Origin: an uncultured delta proteobacterium
Lineage (GTDB): Bacteria > Desulfobacterota > Binatia > Binatales > Binataceae
Length of the DNA: 64,000 nt
Direction: 5' to 3'
NCBI GenBank assembly: GCA_963724395.1
Contig: CAVRUK010000005.1
Span: 211,737 to 275,736 of the forward strand
Part shown: piece after piece, positions 12,851-20,647 of the stretch
How the letters are laid out: each line of letters begins with the position of its first letter
Numbering within the stretch: the stretch's first letter is position 1
Made by a program: the position numbers and the translations under genes
Notes under the pieces: model-generated
Seen by the model: the letters and a program-made list of their open reading frames with translations, nothing else
What the model was told of the DNA's origin: nothing
Databases searched by the model: none

Positions 12851-13846
12851 TCAGCCGCCGATTTGGTACATCGAGCGGTCCTGCGTTGAGCGGCCTTCTA
12901 GCAAGTGATGGCCGGTTGGTTTTAGCTCGACTGCGCGCTTGAGGATTCGCGCGACATCCGCGATCACATTGCCGGAATTCGAGCGTAGTGCTTTGCGCAC
13001 GTCGAGTTCGTCGTCGTTCAGCAGGCATAGGTGGAATTTTCCGTCGGCCGTCAGGCGCATCCGGTTGCAGGTGCCGCAGTAGGGCTCGCTGACCGGGCTG
13101 ATGAAGCCGACTACGCCGCGCGCGCCCCGAAGCCGGTAGTTGCGCGATTCATCGGCCAGGTTTTCCGACGGCATTTCGGTTAGCGTGCCCAGCGCCGCCT
13201 CGACTCTGCGCCGCGTCTCGATGTTCGAAACGTAGCGCTTCATCGAGAGCCGCGCGCATTCGCCGCCGCCCAGCGGCATCAGCTCGATAAATCGCACGTG
13301 CCAGTCGCGCTCGAGCGTGAGGCGCGCCAATTCAATGACGTCCGACTCGTTGTAGCCGGCCGTCACCACCGAGTTGAGCTTAATCGGCGTGAGTCCCGCC
13401 TCTTCGGCGGCGACTATTCCGCGCCAGATTTTCTCGAAGCTGCCCCATCGCATCTGCCGCTCGACGGTCGCGCGGTCCAGGCTGTCGAGATGCACGTTGA
13501 TTCGATTCAGCCCCGCACGTTTCAGCGCCGGCGCAAGATCCGTGAGCAGGAGCGCGTTGGTGGTCAGCGCCAGGCCGTCCACGCCGGGCACGCGCGCGAG
13601 CCGCTCGACAATTTCGACGAGATCGAGCCGCAGCGTAGGCTCTCCCCCCGTCAGCCGGAATTTTCGGAAGCCCACGCTCACAGCGGCGCGCGCGACGGTT
13701 TCAAACTCCGCCGGGGTCAGCAATTCGTCTTTCGGAAGAAAGCGCAAGCCCTCAAGCGGCATGCAGTAAACGCATCGCAGGTTGCAGTTATCGATAACTG
13801 ACAACCGCAGATAATCTATTTCACGATTGAAGGAGTCGCGGGGCAC
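12851..13846 (-). CDS. moaA: GTP 3',8-cyclase MoaA (radical SAM, molybdenum cofactor biosynthesis)
   Basis: IDYLRLSVIDNCNLRCVYCMP is the CxxxCxxC radical-SAM cluster, and the C-terminal CGTCNRMRLTADGKFHLCL forms the second cluster. A GTG at 13846 gives a typical 331-aa MoaA. In-frame alternative starts are at 13930 (ATG) and 13990. Confidence 0.9.
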   Translation of the reverse strand: MPRDSFNREIDYLRLSVIDNCNLRCVYCMPLEGLRFLPKDELLTPAEFETVARAAVSVGFRKFRLTGGEPTLRLDLVEIVERLARVPGVDGLALTTNALLLTDLAPALKRAGLNRINVHLDSLDRATVERQMRWGSFEKIWRGIVAAEEAGLTPIKLNSVVTAGYNESDVIELARLTLERDWHVRFIELMPLGGGECARLSMKRYVSNIETRRRVEAALGTLTEMPSENLADESRNYRLRGARGVVGFISPVSEPYCGTCNRMRLTADGKFHLCLLNDDELDVRKALRSNSGNVIADVARILKRAVELKPTGHHLLEGRSTQDRSMYQIGG

Positions 13847-14007
13847 GAACCAATAGTTATTCCAGCAACCCGCGGGAAACAACTTGGCGCCGATGCGAGT
13901 TTCGATCTTGCGGATTTGCGCGCCGCCCATTATATGACGCTCAATTTCGCGGCACGCTCGGTCCGCTGTTTCGCAAGTGGTATCCGGCAACTGCCTGAGG
14001 GGAATCG

Positions 14008-15774
14008 ATGGAACATTCGGGGAGAATGAAGCTCGGCGCGATCGTAATCCTGAGCGCGGCCGCGTTTGCGATGGTGGCCATCACGGCCCTGACCGCGCCG
14101 CGCGCGCAATCGGCGAGCGCGGCTGCGTCGAGCGCGATGCCACCCGCGACGCCGCCCCCGACGCCCACGCCCGGCCCCTGGCCGACGTTCCATCACGATC
14201 TCCAACGCACCGGCTTGAGCCCGGTCAACACCAGCGCCAACTCCGGCACTCAGAAGTGGAAGTTTAACGTCGGCTACGCTCTATACTCCTCGCCGGCGAT
14301 CGGCGCCGACGGCACCATTTACTTCGGGTCACAGAATGATACGTTCTTCGCGCTTAACCCCGACGGCTCGCAGAAGTGGGCGTTTACGACCGGTGGCGCC
14401 GTGATTTCCTCGCCGGCGATTGGCCCGGACGGCACCATCTACTTTGGATCCTATGACGATAACCTCTACGCGGTGACCGATAGCGGCACCAGCGGCACGC
14501 TGAAGTGGATGTTCCCGACCGGGTCTTTGATCAGCACCGCGCCGGCGGTCGGCGCCGACGGGACCATCTACATCGGCTCCGACGACAACAACTTCTACGC
14601 GGTAAATCCCTCCGGCAGCCAGAAGTGGGCGTTCACGACCGGCAGCACTATAAACTCGGCGGCGGCGATCGGCGCCGACGGCACCATTTACGTTGGCTCC
14701 AATGACCACAACCTCTACGCGTTGACCGACGGCGGGCAAGGCACCGTCACAAAGAAGTGGGCGTTTAAGGCCGGCGCTGCGATTGACGATGCGGCGCCGG
14801 CGATGGGCGCCGACGGAACCGTCTACATTGGCTCCGACGACGGCAACCTCTACGCGCTGACTGACAACGGTACCAGTGCCACGGAGAAGTGGGCGTTCCA
14901 GACCGGCTCCGAGGTGGACACGACGCCGGCGATTGGCGCCGACGGCACCATCTACGTATTGCCCAATAGCGCCAGCTTTTACGCGATCAACCCGGGCGGC
15001 ACACAAAAGTGGGTGTTCACCGTTGACTCAATCGAATATGCGTTCGAGTCCGCGGCGGCAATCGGCGCCGACGGGACCATTTACGTGGGCGTTTCTCTGC
15101 CCGATGACGAGATCTACGCGATAACCGACAACGGTACGAGCGGCACGAAGAAGTGGGCGTTCCAGACCGGTGGCCCCGTGATCACGTCGCCGGCAATCGG
15201 CAAGGACGGGACTGTTTACGTCGGTTCCGGGGACGGTTACGTCTACGCGCTGGGCGGCACCGCCGCTTCCCCGACCCCGACCTCGACCGCAACCTCGACC
15301 AGGACAGCGACTCCGACGGGAACTGCGACTCCGACCTCGACAGCCGGCACGCCAACCCAAACGCCGACCGCGACAGCTACCGCAACTTCTACGACCACGC
15401 CGACCGCGACTGGTACCGCCACGCCCACTGCGACGCCAACGTCGGTGCCGGTGACGCTCAAGATAGAGCCGAAAGCGCTCAAGTTTTCTAAGACCGCGAT
15501 CGGAACGGCGAGCAAACCAAAGACGGTTAAGGTGTCCAATCCCAAGGGCAGCTCGAAGCATCCGGGCTTGCCGGTGCAGATCGAGATGATTTCCGATCCG
15601 GGAGTGTTCGCGCAGACCAACGACTGTACCTCGAGTCTGGCGGCCGGCGCGTCATGCACGATCTCAGTGACGTTCACTCCGAACGCCGCCACCCGGCAGA
15701 CCGGCACGCTGGTAATCACCGACAACGCGCAGCGTAATCCCCAGATGGTGCCGATGAGCGGCGTGGGTAAATAG
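14008..15774 (+). CDS. Secreted 8-bladed PQQ-like/BamB-like beta-propeller protein with a Thr/Pro linker and a C-terminal Ig-like (choice-of-anchor-D / HYDIN-like) domain
   Basis: Signal peptide (MKLGAIVILSAAAFAMVAITALTAPRAQS) followed by eight repeats of W.F.TG..I.SSPAIGADGTIY.GS.D.NLYA. Then a 62-aa T/P/A linker. The C-terminus reads LKFSKTAIGTASKPKTVKVSNP...NDCTSSLAAGASCTISVTFTPNAATRQTGTLVITDN. An alternative start is at 14026. Confidence 0.8.
   Translation: MEHSGRMKLGAIVILSAAAFAMVAITALTAPRAQSASAAASSAMPPATPPPTPTPGPWPTFHHDLQRTGLSPVNTSANSGTQKWKFNVGYALYSSPAIGADGTIYFGSQNDTFFALNPDGSQKWAFTTGGAVISSPAIGPDGTIYFGSYDDNLYAVTDSGTSGTLKWMFPTGSLISTAPAVGADGTIYIGSDDNNFYAVNPSGSQKWAFTTGSTINSAAAIGADGTIYVGSNDHNLYALTDGGQGTVTKKWAFKAGAAIDDAAPAMGADGTVYIGSDDGNLYALTDNGTSATEKWAFQTGSEVDTTPAIGADGTIYVLPNSASFYAINPGGTQKWVFTVDSIEYAFESAAAIGADGTIYVGVSLPDDEIYAITDNGTSGTKKWAFQTGGPVITSPAIGKDGTVYVGSGDGYVYALGGTAASPTPTSTATSTRTATPTGTATPTSTAGTPTQTPTATATATSTTTPTATGTATPTATPTSVPVTLKIEPKALKFSKTAIGTASKPKTVKVSNPKGSSKHPGLPVQIEMISDPGVFAQTNDCTSSLAAGASCTISVTFTPNAATRQTGTLVITDNAQRNPQMVPMSGVGK
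14257..15258 (+). repeat. Eight in-frame tandem coding repeats (about 120-144 nt each) encoding the propeller blades
   Basis: The recurring peptide GADGTIY.GS.D..(L/F)YA(L/V/I) followed by KW(A/V/M)F appears eight times. Confidence 0.85.
15259..15444 (+). repeat. Low-complexity Thr/Pro/Ala-coding tract (linker)
   Basis: TAASPTPTSTATSTRTATPTGTATPTSTAGTPTQTPTATATATSTTTPTATGTATPTATPTS, encoded by degenerate acc/ccg/gcg repeats. Confidence 0.85.
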
Positions 15775-15814
15775 CGGAAATAGAAATTTTTCCGTACTAT
15801 CGTTTGGTATCGGG

Positions 15815-16492
15815 ATGAACGGTGGCTTGAACATGGTTGGTCGATTGCGCGGGAAGTCGCGATTGAAGCTGCACTCGATACTCGCCGTCGCGATCGCCGC
15901 GTTGGGAGTCCTGGCGCTCGCCACTTCCAGCTATGCGGCCGAGGCTAATCGCGCTGCCTCCGACGCCGTCGTTACAGAGGCGGAAGCGCTTATCATGCAG
16001 GCTGGCAAGGCCGATCCCGTCGATACCAGGATGATTCATCAGGCGATGGACAAGCTGAAAGAAGCGATGCGCATCGATCCTCGCAACGATTCAGCGTACG
16101 TGGACCTCGGCTTCTGCTACGGCGTGTTGCGCGACGGGCCAAGCGCGATCGATATGTACCGCACGGCGACCGAGTTGAATCCGTCGGGCAGCAATTTCAT
16201 TGAACTGGCCGACGTGTATCTGCGCGTCGGCGACTCGGAAGATGCGTTGCTGGCGGCCAACGCCGGAATAGTCAAGGACCCCTACAACGCGCGGCTGTAC
16301 AATGCCAAGGGCATGGCGCTGAACGACTTGCAGCGCTTCGCCGAAGCTGAAGAAGCGTGGGAGAAGGCGCTGCAGCTCAATCCCAATCTGCGAGTCGCGC
16401 AGGTAAATCTCGACGCACTCAACGGCGGCTCAACGGGCCGGGGCAGTATCAGCAAGCATCGGACGCAACAGCAGTCACCCACGCCGCCCTAG
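15815..16492 (+). CDS. Secreted tetratricopeptide-repeat (TPR) protein
   Basis: Signal peptide (LHSILAVAIAALGVLALATSSYAAEA) followed by TPR-like helices (AYVDLGFCYGVLRDGPSAIDMYRTATELNP, ARLYNAKGMALNDLQRFAEAEEAWEKALQLNPN). Confidence 0.75.
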   Translation: MNGGLNMVGRLRGKSRLKLHSILAVAIAALGVLALATSSYAAEANRAASDAVVTEAEALIMQAGKADPVDTRMIHQAMDKLKEAMRIDPRNDSAYVDLGFCYGVLRDGPSAIDMYRTATELNPSGSNFIELADVYLRVGDSEDALLAANAGIVKDPYNARLYNAKGMALNDLQRFAEAEEAWEKALQLNPNLRVAQVNLDALNGGSTGRGSISKHRTQQQSPTPP

Positions 16493-16511
16493 CAAGGCGC
16501 GACTGAGAATT

Positions 16512-16847
16512 CTAGCCGCCCGTGATTGGACGCTCGGGCTCCGCGACGCAGTATGCGCATCGGCAGAGACTCCTGAGTTGCGGCATCGTGTAGATAGTCT
16601 CGTGACCGTCGGCCCATCCGATGAATACCGCCGCCTCGCCCAGCCGCGAAAGCTGACGCATGCGAACGCTGGCGGGCGGCACCTCGCCGTCCACGCCACC
16701 CTTGCACGCGTCGCACTGACATCCTCGGCGCAGATTTTCGAGCGGAAAAATACTGTCGTGACCGTCGACCCATTGCACGCCGACGGCGTAACGCCCCACT
16801 TCGTGCAGGCCTTTTATCTTCGGAGTCTTTGACTTTATAAGCGCCAT
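16512..16847 (-). CDS. DUF971 (gamma-butyrobetaine hydroxylase N-terminal-like) protein
   Basis: Two half-repeats: GRYAVGVQWVDGHDSIFPLENLRRGCQCDAC and AAVFIGWADGHETIYTMPQLRSLCRCAYC. The start is taken at MALIKSK. The ORF stays open to 16877. Confidence 0.65.
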   Translation of the reverse strand: MALIKSKTPKIKGLHEVGRYAVGVQWVDGHDSIFPLENLRRGCQCDACKGGVDGEVPPASVRMRQLSRLGEAAVFIGWADGHETIYTMPQLRSLCRCAYCVAEPERPITGG

Positions 16848-16920
16848 CGTTGCAGCTTGAGTATATCTCCCATGCACCCGCGCGTGGAAACTTTATTCTT
16901 GAAGAAGGAGACCTCGAACC

Positions 16921-17397
16921 ATGGATGAAAAAGCAAAAAAACAGGCCCTCTTGATGATTCCCTACGGGCTGTTCGTCCTCGGCGCCGGACACGGCGGCAA
17001 GGCCACCGCGGCGACCGTCAACTGGGTCACGCAAGCCAGTTTCAGCCCGCCGCTGGTGGTGGTCGGAATCAAGAAGGACTCGGGCTCGCACGCGATGGTG
17101 AAAGAATCGAAGAAGTTTGCGCTCTCGATGCTCGCTGCCGGGCAAAAGGGAATCGCGGGCGCGTTCTTTCGCCACGTCGAGCCTAAAGACGGCAAGTTCG
17201 GTGAGTTCGCGTTCGAGAGCGGCGCCAACGGCGCGCCAATCATCAGCGACGCGCCCGCGTCGGTCGAGTGCGAAGTCGTCGGCTTCTACGAACTCGGCGA
17301 TCACAGCGTCGTCGTCGGCAAGGTCACCGAGGCGCACGTCAAGCGCGACGCCGAAGCGCTGACGATGAAAGAGACCGGATGGAATTACGGCGGCTAG
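16921..17397 (+). CDS. Flavin reductase-like (FMN-binding split-barrel) protein
   Basis: 158 aa. ATVNWVTQASFSPPLVVVGIKKDS...SVECEVVGFYELGDHSVVVGKV matches the flavin reductase domain pattern. Confidence 0.7.
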   Translation: MDEKAKKQALLMIPYGLFVLGAGHGGKATAATVNWVTQASFSPPLVVVGIKKDSGSHAMVKESKKFALSMLAAGQKGIAGAFFRHVEPKDGKFGEFAFESGANGAPIISDAPASVECEVVGFYELGDHSVVVGKVTEAHVKRDAEALTMKETGWNYGG

Positions 17398-17435
17398 GCA
17401 GGGGCAGGGGTGACCCCTGCACCCAGTACTGAGAA

Positions 17436-18488
17436 ATGATGCGGGCGGAGTTTACCCTCGATGAAGTGCGCGGGGCGCTCGAGCGGCTGACGGCCCATGC
17501 CAGCCGCGAGTTGCTCGTCAAGCAGCCGCATTGGGGCGACGCGATCCTGTGCGACGGGCTTCTGTACGCCGCGCGCGTGTTGAAAACTGACGCGCCGGTC
17601 GAGGCGGCGCAGCGGTGGTTCGCGCCGAAGCTCGCGTCCGGTCCGCGCACCAAGGGATGGTTCTGGTTCTGGGCGGCCGAGGCGCTGCCCGCGCTTGATT
17701 TGCACTTGAAGACGAACGACCCGCGCTACCTGGAATACGCGCGAGCGGTCGTCGGCTTCATGGAAAATTCCGCCGCGCGAACTTCCAATGGCGCGTTCGT
17801 GCCGCATCCGCCTGCGCTCGAAGTGTGGATCGACGTCTGCTACTTCACCGCGCCCGCGATGGCTTTGCTCGCACGAATCTCGGGCGACTCGGCGATGCTG
17901 GAGTGCGCGGCTGATCAGATGATCGTTCATCGTGATCATCTGATCGATCCGGCCAGCGGACTTTTCTGGCACGTCGCCTACGTTGACCGGAAATCGCATT
18001 CGCCGTGTTTGTGGGCGCGCGGCAATAGCTGGTTTTCGATCGCCGCGCCGCAAGTAATAGCCGAGATCGAAGCGGCCGGCGGGCTTCAACCGCCAGCTGT
18101 GAAGGTTGAAATGATCCGCGGCGCACTGGCTCGACAACTTAATAGAGTCGCGACGTTGCAGGACAGTTCAGGCTTGTGGCACACGGTGATCGATCGCGAC
18201 GATTCGTACCTCGAAGCGTCGGCGGCGGCGGGATTCGCGCTCGCGCTCGGCCGCGCGCTTCGCACCCGGCTGCCCGGTCTCGACTCGGCGCGCGCCCGCG
18301 ACGCGTACACGCGCGCGCTCGGCGCGATTTGCTCGAAGATCGACGCGCACGGTGCGTTCGCCGGGGTCTCGCAGCAAACGCCGCCGGGCGACTTTGCCTT
18401 TTACAATTCGATCGAAATCGGGACAGCGCCGTTCGCGACCGGCGTGTGCATGATGGCGCTTAGCGAGGCAATTGAGACAGTCAGATGA
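17436..18488 (+). CDS. Glycoside hydrolase family 88/105-like (unsaturated glucuronyl/rhamnogalacturonyl hydrolase fold)
   Basis: 350 aa, with no signal peptide seen. Contains WGDAILCDGLLYAARV, FWHVAYVD....CLWARGNSWFSIA and LQDSSGLWHTVIDRDDSYLEASAAAGFALAL, typical of the (alpha/alpha)6 GH88/GH105 family. Confidence 0.65.
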   Translation: MMRAEFTLDEVRGALERLTAHASRELLVKQPHWGDAILCDGLLYAARVLKTDAPVEAAQRWFAPKLASGPRTKGWFWFWAAEALPALDLHLKTNDPRYLEYARAVVGFMENSAARTSNGAFVPHPPALEVWIDVCYFTAPAMALLARISGDSAMLECAADQMIVHRDHLIDPASGLFWHVAYVDRKSHSPCLWARGNSWFSIAAPQVIAEIEAAGGLQPPAVKVEMIRGALARQLNRVATLQDSSGLWHTVIDRDDSYLEASAAAGFALALGRALRTRLPGLDSARARDAYTRALGAICSKIDAHGAFAGVSQQTPPGDFAFYNSIEIGTAPFATGVCMMALSEAIETVR

Positions 18489-19540
18489 CCAACAAAAAAG
18501 TCGTAGTGATCCCCGGCGACGACGCTGCGCCGGAGGCGATGAGCGCGACGATGGACGCGCTGCGCGCCCTGAAACTTCCGATCGAGTACGTCGAATTCCC
18601 ACCTGGCGAGAAATGGGTGCGCGGCGAGACCGACGCGGCCGCGCGCAAGGCAATCGACGCGTCCGACGCCACGCTGTTCGGCTCGACGTCGGGCAAGACC
18701 ACCGCCATCACCTATCTCAGATGGGGGAAGCAGACGTTCGCCAACGTCCGGCCGGTGCGCTACTCGAAGGGTTTTTCGAGCCCGCTCAAGAGCCCCGAGG
18801 GAATCGACTTCGTGATCGTGCGCGAAAATCTCGAGGACCTGTATCTCGGCCTCGAGGGTCCGCTCGCAGCGCTCGCTCCGCTGAGGCTGATGAGCAAAAT
18901 CCTGCGCGCGCCGCTCGACACGTCGGAGCGCGGCGTCTACGCGATCAAAGTGATCACCGAGCGCGCGACGCGCCGCGTCGCCGAGTTCGCGTGCCAGCTC
19001 GCGATGAAACGCAAGCGCGCCGGTGGGATGGGCAAGCTCACCTGCACGTCGAAATACAACATGCTGCGCGAGTCCGACGGCCTGTTCCGCAAACTCGTCG
19101 AGGAAACCGCAGCCAAGTATCCCGAAATAAAGTACGAACAGTTCATCGTCGATGACTTCGCGCGCCGCCTCGTGCAGTCGCCGCACGACCTCGATGTGGT
19201 GGTCGCACCGAATCTGTACGGCGACATCCTGTCCGACGCCGCCGCGGGAACTATCGGAGGGCTGGGACTTGCGCCCAGCGGATGCTACGGCGCGGACTAC
19301 GCCTACTTCGAGTCGGTGCACGGCACGGCGCCCGACATCGTGGGGATGGGAATAATAAATCCGTCGGCGACGATGCTGTCGGCGGCGTTGATGCTCGACT
19401 ACCTGGGCTTCGGCGCCGACGCGTCGCGCCTCGACGCCGCCGTGCGCAAAGTCTACGCCGACGGCCGCGTGCTAACGCCTGACCAGGGCGGCACCGCCAG
19501 GACCTCGGAGTTTACGAGCGCGATGATCGCGAATTTGTAG
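18485..19540 (+). CDS. Isocitrate/isopropylmalate dehydrogenase-family beta-decarboxylating dehydrogenase
   Basis: 351 aa with VVVIPGDDAAPE, FANVRPVR, IVRENLEDLY and the signature APNLYGDILSDAAAGTIGGLGLAPS. There is a 4-nt overlap with the preceding GH gene. Confidence 0.85.
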   Translation: MTNKKVVVIPGDDAAPEAMSATMDALRALKLPIEYVEFPPGEKWVRGETDAAARKAIDASDATLFGSTSGKTTAITYLRWGKQTFANVRPVRYSKGFSSPLKSPEGIDFVIVRENLEDLYLGLEGPLAALAPLRLMSKILRAPLDTSERGVYAIKVITERATRRVAEFACQLAMKRKRAGGMGKLTCTSKYNMLRESDGLFRKLVEETAAKYPEIKYEQFIVDDFARRLVQSPHDLDVVVAPNLYGDILSDAAAGTIGGLGLAPSGCYGADYAYFESVHGTAPDIVGMGIINPSATMLSAALMLDYLGFGADASRLDAAVRKVYADGRVLTPDQGGTARTSEFTSAMIANL

Positions 19541-19607
19541 ATTGTGCCGGGAGTCGGTGAGGCCTGCACATTTTACAAATGTGAGGACTGTTCCCCGTCC
19601 CCCGCGC

Positions 19608-19787
19608 TCAATTACCTTTCTCTTTTTTCTCTTCGTGGATGTCGGGCAGGTCGGTAATTCCGGCAGGTTTCCGCAGTGCCAGCCCCATGACTCGCGTACG
19701 ATAGGTAATAATATGCAGCTTCAGAGTCCGCATGCTCTCCTTTAACTGTTTCAAAACGTGCGCGATATCCGGTTCTGGATCGGGCAT
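19608..19787 (-). CDS. Hypothetical small protein (59 aa) in an AT-richer patch
   Basis: MPDPEPDIAHVLKQLKESMRTLKLHIITYRTRVMGLALRKPAGITDLPDIHEEKKEKGN. The composition is protein-like, but no family was recognised and no clear ribosome-binding site was checked. Confidence 0.3.
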   Translation of the reverse strand: MPDPEPDIAHVLKQLKESMRTLKLHIITYRTRVMGLALRKPAGITDLPDIHEEKKEKGN

Positions 19788-19888
19788 TACAAAAATCAAC
19801 GCAAGCCACGGGCCACTGGAAGGATCTGTTCTCTACGGTGCGAATCACGCGCTAGTCACTTAAGCTCTATCGGCGACTCATGGTTCGA

Positions 19889-20221
19889 TTACCCCTGACT
19901 TGGCGTCGGCGTAGATGTCGGTGTCGCAGTAGATGTCGGCGTCGGACTCGGCTCACGGACGCATCCGCGCGCCTCGGCAGCAGCGGCGAAGTCCGCGTCC
20001 GAACAGGACCAGAAGTAGATCCCACCAGGTATCCACGCGCACGGCGGAGTCCTATGCACGACCAAGTGACTCATCTGATCCGCCGGCGGGCATTTCCATC
20101 CAACCAGGGGATGGCCTGGGTCTGAATAGTAGTCAACTGACACAGGACCGAAGCATCCGGTGATGGCGATCAGCGCGAAGGAGCATGCCAGCGCGAGCGC
20201 GGTCAAAATTTTTATCTGCAT
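19889..20221 (-). CDS. Small Cys-rich lipoprotein with a Thr/Pro tail
   Basis: MQIKILTALALACSFALIAITGC carries a lipobox. Four further Cys residues follow, and the C-terminus is EPSPTPTSTATPTSTPTPSQG. Confidence 0.6.
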   Translation of the reverse strand: MQIKILTALALACSFALIAITGCFGPVSVDYYSDPGHPLVGWKCPPADQMSHLVVHRTPPCAWIPGGIYFWSCSDADFAAAAEARGCVREPSPTPTSTATPTSTPTPSQG

Positions 20222-20276
20222 GCAGATTGGGCCTCGTCAAAGGTGCTAGGACATCTTTGTTTACTTTGGAAGAAAC

Positions 20277-20305
20277 TTGACTTGGGGCGTAGACGCGTGG
20301 ATATT
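20277..20305 (+). promoter_or_regulatory. Candidate sigma70-type promoter (TTGACT-17 nt-GATATT)
   Basis: TTGACT at 20277-20282, a 17-nt spacer, then GATATT at 20300-20305, in an AT-richer intergenic region upstream of the mini-ORF, terminator and RIO kinase. Confidence 0.4.
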
Positions 20306-20338
20306 TTCATGAACTCCCTGACGGGAGGTACACACGCA

Positions 20339-20407
20339 ATGAATAGCCACCTTAATGATCTTGTCGAATTGCACGAGAGTGCGCCTCCGCTGACTATTTT
20401 CCGGTAA
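20339..20407 (+). CDS. Candidate 22-codon leader/mini-ORF (MNSHLNDLVELHESAPPLTIFR)
   Basis: GGGAGG at 20323-20328 lies 10 nt upstream of the ATG at 20339. The TAA stop (20405-20407) sits in the centre of a 10+10-bp palindrome. The ORF is below the ORF-track size cutoff. Confidence 0.25.
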   Translation: MNSHLNDLVELHESAPPLTIFR

Positions 20408-20418
20408 CTTACCGGAAA
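20398..20418. promoter_or_regulatory. Perfect inverted repeat TTTCCGGTAA-c-TTACCGGAAA
   Basis: 10-bp arms separated by 1 nt. It could be a dimeric-protein operator or a short hairpin. Confidence 0.35.
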
Positions 20419-20433
20419 TTTTCCAACACCAAT

Positions 20434-20465
20434 GCCACGGAGGCGAAAGCTCCCGTGGCTTTTTT
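20434..20465 (+). terminator. Rho-independent terminator
   Basis: GCCACGGAG-gcgaaag-CTCCCGTGGC (9 bp with one bulge) followed by TTTTTT at 20460-20465. Confidence 0.6.
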
Positions 20466-20548
20466 GCGTCTGCATCGCGCGGTGCGCGCGTGCGATTTCG
20501 ACGATTCAATTTTTACGTTTCGAAAAATCGCCAATGGAGGACGGAGCC

Positions 20549-20647
20549 ATGAGGGAAAATGCGCGACAGAAAATTAAGGATGCGCGAACAGCGAAACAAC
20601 TTTTAACTATTGAGGCTCGAGATGACTACTGCTTTAGAGATCGATGA
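20549..20647 (+). CDS. Candidate 32-aa upstream ORF overlapping the RIO kinase start
   Basis: GGAGGA at 20535-20540 lies 8 nt upstream of the ATG at 20549. The peptide is MRENARQKIKDARTAKQLLTIEARDDYCFRDR, and it ends 26 nt inside the kinase ORF. An in-frame ATG also exists at 20534. Confidence 0.3.
   Translation: MRENARQKIKDARTAKQLLTIEARDDYCFRDR

Noticed and set aside
15259-15444. Repetitive DNA that might be mistaken for a CRISPR or VNTR array
   Set aside because: The repeats are degenerate, have no unique spacers, and are in frame within the propeller protein ORF, encoding a Thr/Pro/Ala linker. No CRISPR-like repeat-spacer architecture exists anywhere in the window.
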